Assembly (NCBI GenBank): GCA_012862495.1
Contig: BLSG01000006.1
Location: 1 to 47,512 of the forward strand
Reading direction: 5' to 3'
Origin: Thraustochytrium aureum
Taxonomy: Eukaryota
DNA: 47,512 nt
Shown here: positions 10,761-20,885 of the stretch, piece by piece
Numbering within the stretch: the stretch's first letter is position 1
How the letters are laid out: every line of letters starts with the position of its first letter
Notes under the pieces: model-generated
Told to the model about the DNA's origin: nothing
Databases searched by the model: none
Seen by the model: only the letters and a program-made list of their open reading frames with translations
Program-made: the position numbers and the translations under genes

Positions 10761-11660
10761 GGTGCGCCGCGCCGCCGCGCCGCCGCCGCGCCTTGCCGAG
10801 TCGAGCACTGGCCGTGGCGTTATGGCATTGCCCGGGGCTAGCAGGAAGAACGACCAACTATTGACTGGCTGTCTGCCTGCCTGAAGCGGGCTTTCTCAGT
10901 CAATGCGAGGTGACATAAGAGGAAACCAAGCCGGACGCCCTCATCACACATGGCCTGCGCCCTCTCCAGCAAGCCGCCTTCGTGGCGCAGCGAGACGCCC
11001 CTCTTAGTGCTGCCTGACCTACGTATCGGTTGGACAGTGTCGTTTCTTTCACATTTCTTTTGAGGTCGCACCTCCCGCAACCCAACCACATGGAGAACAT
11101 GACACTTGTCCGTTGGCAGCCAACTAAAATCCGGTAGATCCGCTGACCCAAGGAAGCAGGCAACCGCGAGAAAGTAGGGCAAGCTCTGATTCAGTGTGGT
11201 CGGCCGGCAAACACAAGTTGGATAGGACCAAGAGCAAAGGCATGCTCGCCTCCAAGCCAGAAACACTTAGCCAGAAACACTTAATTTCTCGCCGCCATCA
11301 CATAATGGGTAGAAAGAAAGTTTGTGTTCGGTTCTTCTGGTGAGCAAGCACGTCCTTCAGGTTGCCGAACGGCTATAGCGTTGGCCGGCGATCTCTGGGA
11401 GAACTGCGTCAGCCAGATCGTAGAACCCCCTGAAGCCAGCGAGCAGTAAAAATCAGCCTGGGTGAGGGCAGCGTCGACGTGCGATGCTCGTCGGAGCGTC
11501 GTCGGAGCGTGGCTCCGATACAGAAGCCCTCTCTCGATTTCGCGGCGGAAACGGGACGGTCGAAGCGCGAGAGCGGGCCGAGCCTCTCACAGTGGACCCA
11601 CGTCGTGCGTTTGGGCGACGTAGCGGCCTCTGTGATCTACGCTCAACTCTCGGACACACT

Positions 11661-11696
11661 GCGAGATTTCCGTCGCGAGATTTCCGTCGCGAGATT
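11661..11696. repeat. 14-bp tandem repeat (GCGAGATTTCCGTC x2.5)
   Basis: Read directly, just past the 3' end of the fusion gene; another 14-bp duplication (agccagaaacactt x2) lies at 11255-11282. Confidence 0.8.
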
Positions 11697-11794
11697 CCAG
11701 TTCGCTAGTCGTTGCGCTCGTCGCGCGAGCGACCTCTCGCGGTTCGCGAGGCAGATTGGGAGCATGAAGGACAGTACATTATTCACCGAACAGA

Positions 11795-14700
11795 TCACAA
11801 GTTGGCCGTGGCCGCAGTGCCGCTTGTCGGCTCGTACTTTGCTAATGCGCGAAAGCGGTTGACGCCACCATCAGGAAACACCAAGAGGCGGAGCTGCGAC
11901 ACGCGGCGCGGCGCGGCGACGCCAAGGACCTTTGTGTTCCCCGCAAAGGCCTTCACGGCCGTCTCCGGCACAAGCGAAAACCACGACGAACCGACCTTGT
12001 CCAAGCCCTCAATCGCGACGGAACGCGGGTTGTTGTTGACGAAAAAGGTAAAGTCCAACTCGATACGGTCCACGACAGCCGGGACGCCAAGCTTGACAAC
12101 GAGCTCCTCACGGTGGCCCGCATCCCTACTGCGCGCCGATTCAAACCCATCGTGCATGCTGAGCGGAATGTATGGCGAGAACACTTGCGCAGCCGGCCCA
12201 TAGTGCTGGTTGGTGACGGAGACCAAGCTCGACCCAAACGCAAGCGAGGCAGCGTCAAAGCGCTGACCGGGTCGCAATCGCGAGAGGTTGTGTGCGACCT
12301 CTTCCGGAGAGGGCTCATAAAGGAGNNNNNNNNNNNNNNNNNNNNNNNNNNNNNNNNNNNNNNNNNNNNNNNNNNNNNNNNNNNNNNNNNNNNNNNNNNN
12401 NNNNNNNNNNNNNNNNNNNNNNNNNNNNNNNNNNNNNNNNNNNNNNNNNNNNNNNNNNNNNNNNNNNNNNNNNNNNNNNNNNNNNNNNNNNNNNNNNNNN
12501 NNNNNNNNNNNNNNNNNNNNNNNNNNNNNNNNNNNNNNNNNNNNNNNNNNNNNNNNNNNNNNNNNNNNNNNNNNNNNNNNNNNNNNNNNNNNNNNNNNNN
12601 NNNNNNNNNNNNNNNNNNNNNNNNNNNNNNNNNNNNNNNNNNNNNNNNNNNNNNNTGGAACGCGCTAAAAACGAGCGTCTTGTAACCGTAGTTGACAATC
12701 TCCTCTTGGGGGATGCTGTCGATGTCGACGGGGTCGTCAGGGAAGGCAGAGGTGTCGATGCCGTCAATGCGCAGCTCGCGAAGTACGGCCTGCATGGTCT
12801 CGGCGATGAAAAACATGGCACGGTTGTCCCCGTTGGCAAACATGACGAGGCCAGCCCCAGCGTCGGGGCCGTCAAAGCAGTGCAGGTAGACGCCGCGAAA
12901 CCCGTCGTTAGCGCCTTGGTGGACGGTGAACCGGTTCGGCCCCGCCTCGGCCACAAACACGCCGACGCCCATGAGGCACCCCATAAAGTCAAGGCAGCCC
13001 TTGTCTGTCCCATGGAGCATAAACGCAGCAGTGTCGTGCGAGATCGGGCCCGAACCCCCTGGGTCTTGGTACGCCTGGGCCAGGTGCTTGAGGAAGGCTA
13101 GCATGGCCGCAGGCGTTCCGAGCGCCCCGGCAGCAAAGCTGGGGAACATCTTGCGCGAGCCCTCCACTTCTGCGCCCATGTCATCGTACCCGTGCGCGAC
13201 GCGGAAGAGGCTCGGCGGCGGTTTGTGATCAAACGTGAGCCCTTGCGAAACGCCGAGCGCGTCCAGAAAGGGCTGTGTGACTTGGGCCACCGGGCGGCCC
13301 TCCAGCGATTCGATAAGGTACTCGAGGACCAAAAAGCCGCCCCCACTGTAGCGGAAAAACGTGCCTGGCTCGCCGAGGACCTCAATGGCTGGGTACCCGT
13401 ACTGGTCGTTTCCTTCCAGAAAGGCGTGTGCGGGTGGCATTTCGTGCGTGAGCGGCACGCCGTTCACATAGTGCATGTTTAGTGCGGCGTGGCTCATGAG
13501 GTGCCGCAGCTGAACCTTGTCGCCCCACCACGGGTGGCGAAGCCGAAACGCGCAGCCTGCTTCCTCGAGCAAGCTGTTGACGCTCGCCTCCGGGCCGACG
13601 CCGCGCGCTGCAAAGTACTCGAGGGCAAACGCAGAAGCGATCGTCTTGCTCAGCGAGGCGATCTCAAACAAGTCGCCCGGGGAAACAGCGCTCTCCCGGG
13701 ACTCCGCCTCGCCTCCTCGCACGCGGCGGCCCAGCGCAAGCGACTGTTCGTGGCCGTCCCGTGTGCTGATGCAGATCGACGCCCCAGTCACGTCGTGCTT
13801 GGCGAGCAGGGCCTCGACTTTGCCAACAAGGTTGTCTAGTGGCTCGGCACGGATCCGTTTGGCTGTGATTTGCCAGAGCGCCTCACGGGCGTTGTCCAGC
13901 TCTTGCTGGGGCGAGTTGGCAAGGCGCGACTTGAGAATCGCAAGCATCTCGGCGCCCGTCTTGCCTTGCGCCGAGACCAGAAACTTGAACCCGAACTTGT
14001 CAAGGTACTCTGCGCCGAGCGAGCGCAGCTCGGCGCGAACAGCCTCCAGGTCGACTTGTGCGCTAGCCTGCTCTGCTGTCGCAAGCTTGTCAAGCGAGGC
14101 GGCGCTTTGGCCGATGTCGCCGTGAAACCCGGCTGCAGCCTTGACCGCAGCGGCGTCAAACCCGCGAATTACGCGCTCCGCAAGGCCGAGATCTGTAGCT
14201 GTCGTCGATGCCATGGCACGCGCAAAGCTAATCTCGCCGCACCGCTCGAAAAAGTAGTGCAGGCGGCCTACATACGGAGCGAGCTCGAGCAGATCTGGAG
14301 CTGCAGTCGATAGGGCGGAGAGCGGGTCCTCTGCCGCGTGAACGGGGGGCCGGTGAAGGCGCTTAGGATGGTCTNNNNNNNNNNNNNNNNNNNNNNNNNN
14401 NNNNNNNNNNNNNNNNNNNNNNNNNNNNNNNNNNNNNNNNNNNNNNNNNNNNNNNNNNNNNNNNNNNNNNNNNNNNNNNNNNNNNNNNNNNNNNNNNNNN
14501 NNNNNNNNNNNNNNNNNNNNNNNNNNNNNNNNNNNNNNNNNNNNNNNNNNNNNNNNNNNNNNNNNNNNNNNNNNNNNNNNNNNNNNNNNNNNNNNNNNNN
14601 NNNNNNNNNNNNNNNNNNNNTTGAGAACGACCTGAAGCGCGACGGGGTACCAGCGCGCAGTGCGCGCCGTCCACTTGACCTGCACGACCTTGTTCTCGTT

Positions 14701-16479
14701 GGACATATCGCGGCGAATAAAGTTGAGCTCCTCGTGCGCGATGCGCACCAGGTCTTGAACTGGGAAGCGGCCGTGCCGAACCTCGTGCCAGACCTCCCAG
14801 CGAGAGCGCTCCACGGTGGCGAGGTCGTCCATGATTTGGACGGGCTCGCCGTCCACCGTCCCAGGCAGCGCGACGCAACCGTTGCCAGCTAGCCAGTCTG
14901 CCAGGTATTGCAGCGTCTGGAAGAGGTTGTACCGCACCTCCTCGGGGTCGTTGTTGGCCACCTGACTCGACTCCGGGACGTCCGCTACGACGAGGGCTTG
15001 CGGAAAGCCTGATGAGCCCGGGGATAAGCCCTCCAGATCTGGCCCCCATACAAAACGTAAGAGCTCGTTTTGGAGCGCCTCGCCGTTCACGAGGCCGCGC
15101 ACGAGCTGCTCCATTGCGCCGCGATCTCCGGCCTGCGCGCGCTTCCACGCGGCCACCAAGGCCATCCCAAGGCGCACAAAATCCGGGCGCGCGACCCAGA
15201 AGCCAACGAGGCCTCGCTTGAGTTGCGTGACCACGTCCCGCACAAATCCGCGCAGGGCAGCCTGGAAGGAGACAGAGCCGGGGTCGTCTGGGCGGGGCCC
15301 AGCTGGCAGCACGCCATACATGCCCCCGATTGCGAGTCCGCCGCGGCCACCCACAACTCGGGCGAGGAGCTCGTGCGAGGCCTTGACGTGCTTGATCACG
15401 ATTGTGGTGTCCGCCTTGACCGGAATCCGGTACGAGGCGTCCTCCTTGAGCAAGCGCGCCGTGCTGGCCAGGTAGTCGTGCCAGCCGAGCGACGCGCCGC
15501 AAAAGTAAGGGTGTAGCGCGTCCATAATCTCGTTGGCCCGAAAGATGGCCCGCGCATTCTCTAGAACGACAATGACCCGCACGGTGCCGAGCTGATACTC
15601 GGGGTGCGCGAGTTGGACGCGGCGCTCGCAGGCCCCAATCGCGCTGCGGAGGTAGGCGGCCTCCTCCTCGTTCTCAAGCTTGGGGAAATAAAACGTAAGG
15701 GCCTCGGCGTTGGCCCAGTGTGCGTACAAGTGCAGCGCGAGGTCGTATAGGTGCAGGGGTACAGGAGCGCCCTGATAGAGGCAAAACCCCGCCTCGAGGG
15801 CCAGGCCAGGCAGACGCTTAAATGGGTGTGCGAGCCGTGTGCCGGCGCCTTGGCTGCTTTGCTCGGCCCTGGTTTGGAAAGCTGATGCGAGGCGGGCGTT
15901 GGCGCTGGCAAACGTCTCGCGCAGCGGCGTCTGCGAGTCCTCCGCGTCCGCGCCCCACTTTGGCGCTGCACACTCGTCGACAAGCTCGCCAACAATTGGG
16001 GGCTCCCCTGGCAAGCGCGTGTCGATCGCGTACAACGCCTTCTTGCAGGCCTCCTCCGACTCTGCAAGACCAAAAACTGTAACGTGCTCACCGGCTAGGC
16101 TGGCGCTTAGGGGCGCAACTGGCGAGCCGGAGGGCACGGTGAACGTGCGGTCATCGTTGGGCCCCACCACGACTCTGCCCTCCGCGTCGCGCTGGCCGAA
16201 TACGCTGGCCCGGAAAGCGTCGCCCTTGCCTCTGCCCATCTTTGCGTTCAGCTCGCTCGTCGCGCGCACGCGTTGGTCCACAAACGCGCGGTCCTTGGCG
16301 CGCTGCGCCAGGACCTTGCGCAGTTCTCCGCAGACCTCGTCAAGAACGCGGCACATGAACGAGAGCGCATCCCTCGATTCTCCCGAGGCCGACCCGCCAA
16401 CCATAGCGAGCCCCTCAACGCCATCCACCTCCACGGCATCCTCGCGCATCAAGCGCACGACGCCAGCCGGGAGCCCCAT
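11795..16479 (-). CDS. Multidomain purine-catabolism fusion: malate synthase-like + OHCU decarboxylase + beta-lactamase-fold serine hydrolase + allantoicase (spans gaps 14375-14620 and 12326-12655)
   Basis: Malate synthase motifs: DAEDS, YFPKLE, GWHDYLAS, IGGM, WLAGNGCV, MDDLATVERSR. OHCU decarboxylase: FHGDIG, EQ, YLDKFGFKFLVSAQGK, RLANSPQQEL..ITAKRI. Serine hydrolase: SxxK (SLSK, 13645-13656), YSG, HQG. Allantoicase repeat: NQHYG, DGFESARSR, VVKLG, FVNNNP, FPDGGVNRFR. Ends ANL-stop. Confidence 0.85.
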
Positions 16480-18078
16480 CTCACGCGAGCGCGACCTCCC
16501 AACCTGCGCGCCAGAGTCTGCGCCTGCCGCGCCAGCCGTGCCAGCCGTGCCTGCTTTCCTGCCGCTCAAGCGCGCGTCTGAGCTGATCCGTGCCAGCCCA
16601 CGTTGCNNNNNNNNNNNNNNNNNNNNNNNNNNNNNNNNNNNNNNNNNNNNNNNNNNNNNNNNNNNNNNNNNNNNNNNNNNNNNNNNNNNNNNNNNNNNNN
16701 NNNNNNNNNNNNNNNNNNNNNNNNNNNNNNNNNNNNNNNNNNNNNNNNNNNNNNNNNNNNNNNNNNNNNNNNNNNNNNNNNNNNNNNNNNNNNNNNNNNN
16801 NNNNNNNNNNNNNNNNNNNNNNNNNNNNNNNNNNNNNNNNNNNNGAGTCAACTGCGATCGCAGCCTTCGGTCCGCTGCCGCTCCTCCCTCTGGCGTTCCC
16901 GCCGCGGGTTCCCACGTTCCCGGGAACTTCCTGACGTTCCCAAGCCGGTTTCCCCGACAGTAGCCATGTGGTAGGACCGGTTACGGGCGACAGAGGGGCG
17001 GGCCCTGGGCCCGGACGGGAACGCTTCTTGGAGGGAACCCGCTAGAGGGCGGTAGAGGAAGCGTTCCGCAGAGAAAGGGCCCGGCGCCGCCCCAAGTCGT
17101 AGGCGATAATTCGACGACTTTTCGCCCTTTATGGACGCTGCTGTGTGGCAAGGCTCTGCGGGCGCTTCCCATTCGTGGCGGCGAAAGCGGCCTGCGGCGG
17201 CTCGCGGCGGCTCGGCACGATGCAGCAGTTGGTGTTCTGGAGGCCAATTGATGGTCTGTTCTCACGGGAGCCGGCGCCTGCTCGTCGGGCTGCTTGCCAC
17301 TGCTCGCGCCAAGTCACGCACGCACGCACGCACGCATGCACATTCCCGAGTTGTTGTAGAGTGTCCTGCTCGCGGTCCGAAACGTCGATGTTTTGCTGAG
17401 CGCGCGCGACTCGACTGCTCGCTTATCGCCGCCGCATTGCTCTCGAGCTTAGGTCTACTAGAGAGCTCTGTCGCCGTCGTCGACTTGCTCGCCGCGACGT
17501 CGTCGGCTTGCCCCGTCAAGTTGTCCTCTTGCCGCCGAGCTGGCAGAGCCAGGCCCTGCTGCTCGTCTGTCTTGCCCGGTCGAGAATGCGAGGTCGTGGG
17601 ACGCGTCGCCAGAGCTTCCCTTCGTGTCTGTCGTTCCCGGCCAGCGGAGGGATTGATTGACCTTCAAGTTCGGGTTGAGTAAGTACAGTTAGACGAGCTT
17701 GGCTGGCTGCAGGTGTGGCTCGAGGGCCCTGGGAGGCCTCCCCGCCCGACGAGGAACAGAAACGCAGCCACCTGCCAGGATTCTCCACGGCGACCGCCGC
17801 CGCCCTCACGGGAAAGAGGAAGGTGGCAGGCCGTGTCCGCCCCGCGACGGCTTCATCGCTTCCGCAGCAGCATTGCCGCAGCAGCATTGCAAGTGAAATG
17901 GTTCAAATGGAGCAAGTACTCTACTTAGCTGGTGATTCGATTGATCGATCGATCGATCAGAGCCCAACTCGCGGCAAGCACGGCAAGCTCGGTGGACCGC
18001 GCACGCGAACCAAGACACGCTTGCTAGCGCGACGGCGGCTGCTGCCGGCTCGGGGAAGGAAGTGCGCCAGTTCGAGCC

Positions 18079-19399
18079 ATGTTCGACCTGGACGTGGTGA
18101 TCGTGGGCGGAGGGATCGCGGGCATGACGCTGGGACTGTTCCTGAAGCGCGAAGGATACAAGACGCACGTGTACGAGCGTGCTGAGAAGATCCTCCCCGT
18201 TGGCGCCGCTATCTCGGTGTGGAGCAATGGGGTCAAGGTGATGAACCGGCTTGGCCTCGGCAAAGAGATGATCAAGCTTGGCGGGCAGATGGACCGCATG
18301 ATTTACAAGTCGCACAAGGACGAGCCGCTGGTCAACATGGACCTCAACCCGGTGTACAAGGACGTGGGGGAGCGCGCGTACCCCGTCCCGCGCGGCGCCT
18401 TGCAGCAGATGCTGATGGACAAGTACGTCGAAGCTGGTGGCGACCTCACGTTGGGCCGCATTTGTGTCGACATCGAGCTCGAGGAGCCCAGCAACCCAGA
18501 TAGCCGCACGCGCGCCGTGTTTGATGACGGCTCGCGGTCCAAGTGGTGCGACCTCTTGGTCGGCGCTGACGGCATCCGCTCGCGAGTGCGCGAATACGTG
18601 CTCCAGCGCGAGACCCCGGTGGTGTNNNNNNNNNNNNNNNNNNNNNNNNNNNNNNNNNNNNNNNNNNNNNNNNNNNNNNNNNNNNNNNNNNNNNNNNNNN
18701 NNNNNNNNNNNNNNNNNNNNNNNNNNNNNNNNNNNNNNNNNNNNNNNNNNNNNNNNNNNNNNNNNCCCCGATCTGGGCGTCTCGAACGAGTGGATCATGT
18801 ACGTCGGCGAAGGCAAGCGCGCATCACTTATGCCTGTCGGGGACGGTCGCTTCTACTTTTTCATGGGCGCGCCGCTCAAGGAAGACGCCCCTGTGCCCGA
18901 GCGGGGCTCGGAGGCGATGCGCGACGAGCTCAAGGAAATCTTCAAGGGCTGGCCCGTGCAGGTGCAGCGCTTGATCGCATCGATCAACCTGTCGGGCCTC
19001 AACCGCATCCCGATTTGCGATCACGACCCGCTCCCGCTGTACGCGCGGGGAAAGGTGGTCATCATTGGCGACGCCGCACACGCGACTACACCGACGCTGG
19101 GGCAGGGCGGCTGCCAGGCGATGGAGGACGCCGAGGTGCTCGGCTCATTCTTGACGACGACCAACGTTGGCGTCCGCGACGCGCTGCGGCGCTATGAACA
19201 GCACCGCAAGGATCGAGTGCACAACATGGTGCTCAAGGCCAGGGAGCGCACGGCCACCATTTACCCTCAGAACCCGGAGGAGTGGAAGGGCACGGAGAGG
19301 TGGTACGAGGAGCTGGCCACGTCTGAAGACGTTGGGAAAAATATCTTGGCCGGCATCACGGCCAACCTGCACCAGGGGCCCTGGCCGCCGCGTCTCTAG
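18079..19399 (+). CDS. hpxO: FAD-dependent urate hydroxylase (HpxO family); spans gap 18626-18765
   Basis: GGGIAG, 'PVGAAISVWSNGVK', GADGIRS, 'VGEGKRASLMPV..GRFYFF', 'GDAAHATTPTLGQGGCQAMEDA', 'VLKARER', 'TERWYEEL'. These are collinear with Klebsiella HpxO as recalled. Ends PRL-stop. Confidence 0.9.
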
Positions 19400-19770
19400 C
19401 CGCAAGGCGGAGCGGTGGCCCGCGCCACGCATGTACGTAGTAGTTCCGTCTGCCGACCTGCACGAGCGAGGGCGCGCGGTCGCTTTCAAGCACGAAAACT
19501 TGCTTTCGATTTCTTCCAACGCTACCAACTCTGTTGCAAAAGAGACGCGGCCAGAGCCACTTGGGCCCCACGGCGGCGTCCGCGCACGGCTCCGCCGCCC
19601 TGCTCACGAGCGGCGCAGCTAGCAAGACGGCAGGAGGGGCTTTGGCGGGCGCAAAGCGAGCGCAGCTCTCGCAGGAGCCGGCCTGCCTTAGCGCGCCGGT
19701 GAAGCGATTCACTCGCCAAGGGCTGCCTTGCGCTTCAGGTCTCGTTTTTCGTGCCGATCGCGATCGTCGC

Positions 19771-20181
19771 CTAGGAGCCGCGGTAGGTGCTGTACCCGTA
19801 CGGCGCCAGGAGAAGCGGGACGTGGTAGTGGGCCGCCGGGTCCTCGATCTCAAAGACGATCTTAACGTATGGGTAAAAGCACTTCTCGCCTTTGGCGACG
19901 AAGAACGACTGGGTGTCAAAGTACATCTCGTATACTTGGCCGCGCTCCAGGGGGCCCGGCAGGAGACCGCTCACACGGCCGTCCGCGTTGGTCACGTGCT
20001 CGCTTACGGTCGTCCACTGCATATTGCCGTCGTCGCCGTCGCCAATCTTGCGCGAGAGTCTTAGCTTGAGCCCTTCCGCTGGCATCCCATTCGCCGTGTT
20101 CAGGACGTGCGTCGTGATTGGGCTGGACATGGTCGCCGATCCGCACAAGTGGCTCGACAGCCTCTCGACGCGCTTGCTCAT
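19771..20181 (-). CDS. uraH: 5-hydroxyisourate hydrolase (transthyretin-like protein) with N-terminal PTS2
   Basis: ITTHVLN..G.PA, TNADGR, FYPYV, and the diagnostic C-terminus YHVPLLLAPYGYSTYRGS; N-terminal RVERLSSHL. Confidence 0.95.
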   Translation of the reverse strand: MSKRVERLSSHLCGSATMSSPITTHVLNTANGMPAEGLKLRLSRKIGDGDDGNMQWTTVSEHVTNADGRVSGLLPGPLERGQVYEMYFDTQSFFVAKGEKCFYPYVKIVFEIEDPAAHYHVPLLLAPYGYSTYRGS

Positions 20182-20523
20182 CCACGCTTACCGACGCCGC
20201 TGCTTGCCACCCCGCGCCCGCACTCTTGCCTCTCGTTGAAGGGCGTTTGCTTCCTGTTGGGCGCCACGTCGTTCGTCGAGTATTGACTTCGCCAAAGGAC
20301 GAATTCCGGCAGGATGATGTCAAGGTGGCTGCCGCGGGTCACCGAGCGATTGCTGCTGAGGAACAGCGCGCGCGCAGCGGCAATCGACTCGCGCCTTCTG
20401 ATCCGAGCCAACCGCAAGCGTGCTGACGAGAATGCGTTTTTGTTTTGTTTTTGTACCGGTAGCTGGAGCTGAGGAAAAAGTAAATACATGCGGCGCCACC
20501 AGTTGTCCTCCGGAGGACAAGGC

Positions 20524-20885
20524 TTAGTAGATGATGCCGTTGACGACACTCCAGCGCTTGAAGACTGTCTCGCAGGCGTCAAAGCCGACGCGCGTCTCGG
20601 TGTCCATCACCTTGCGCACAACCTCGGGGTCCGCAAAGAGCTCACGGTAGTGCAAGAGTCCCTCCTCGAATCCGTACCGCGCCGCTGCGTTCTGCGAGAG
20701 GCCATAGTACAGGTTTTCGATGCGCGCCCACAGGATGCTACCAAGCGACATGACGCACGGCTCGATCGTCGAGTACATCGAGCACCCCTGAGGCAGTAGG
20801 TGCCAAGCTTTTGGCCGCCTGCGGATGGCGAGCACCTCACTGGTGGCGGTCGCGTCGCGGCGCTTGAGCACCTCGTTAACGGCCA
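20524..20885 (-). CDS. Guanine deaminase-family (GuaD / cytidine-deaminase fold) protein, visible 3' part; 5' part in gap 20886-21677
   Basis: N.V....D.TATSEV.AIR, YSTIEPCVMSLGSILWARI..YYG....AARYGFEE, terminal Tyr (NGIIY) as in GuaD/GSDA; Zn ligands are degenerate in this domain. Confidence 0.75.

Noticed and set aside
12700..13840. Beta-lactamase domain as an antibiotic-resistance gene
   Set aside because: No signal peptide and embedded in a metabolic fusion; the fold includes many non-resistance hydrolases
17100..18050. Several 70-180 aa ORFs between the fusion and hpxO, and similar ones at 21700-22630 and 30060-31290
   Set aside because: R/A/S/P-rich with no recognisable motif and containing microsatellite-like tracts; expected by chance in GC-rich intergenic or UTR DNA
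20780..20830. Odd segment RRPKAWHLLPQ in the deaminase
   Set aside because: Other frames give AA and KLGTYCL, matching GuaD; three compensating 1-nt deletions near a gap edge point to sequencing error, not biology
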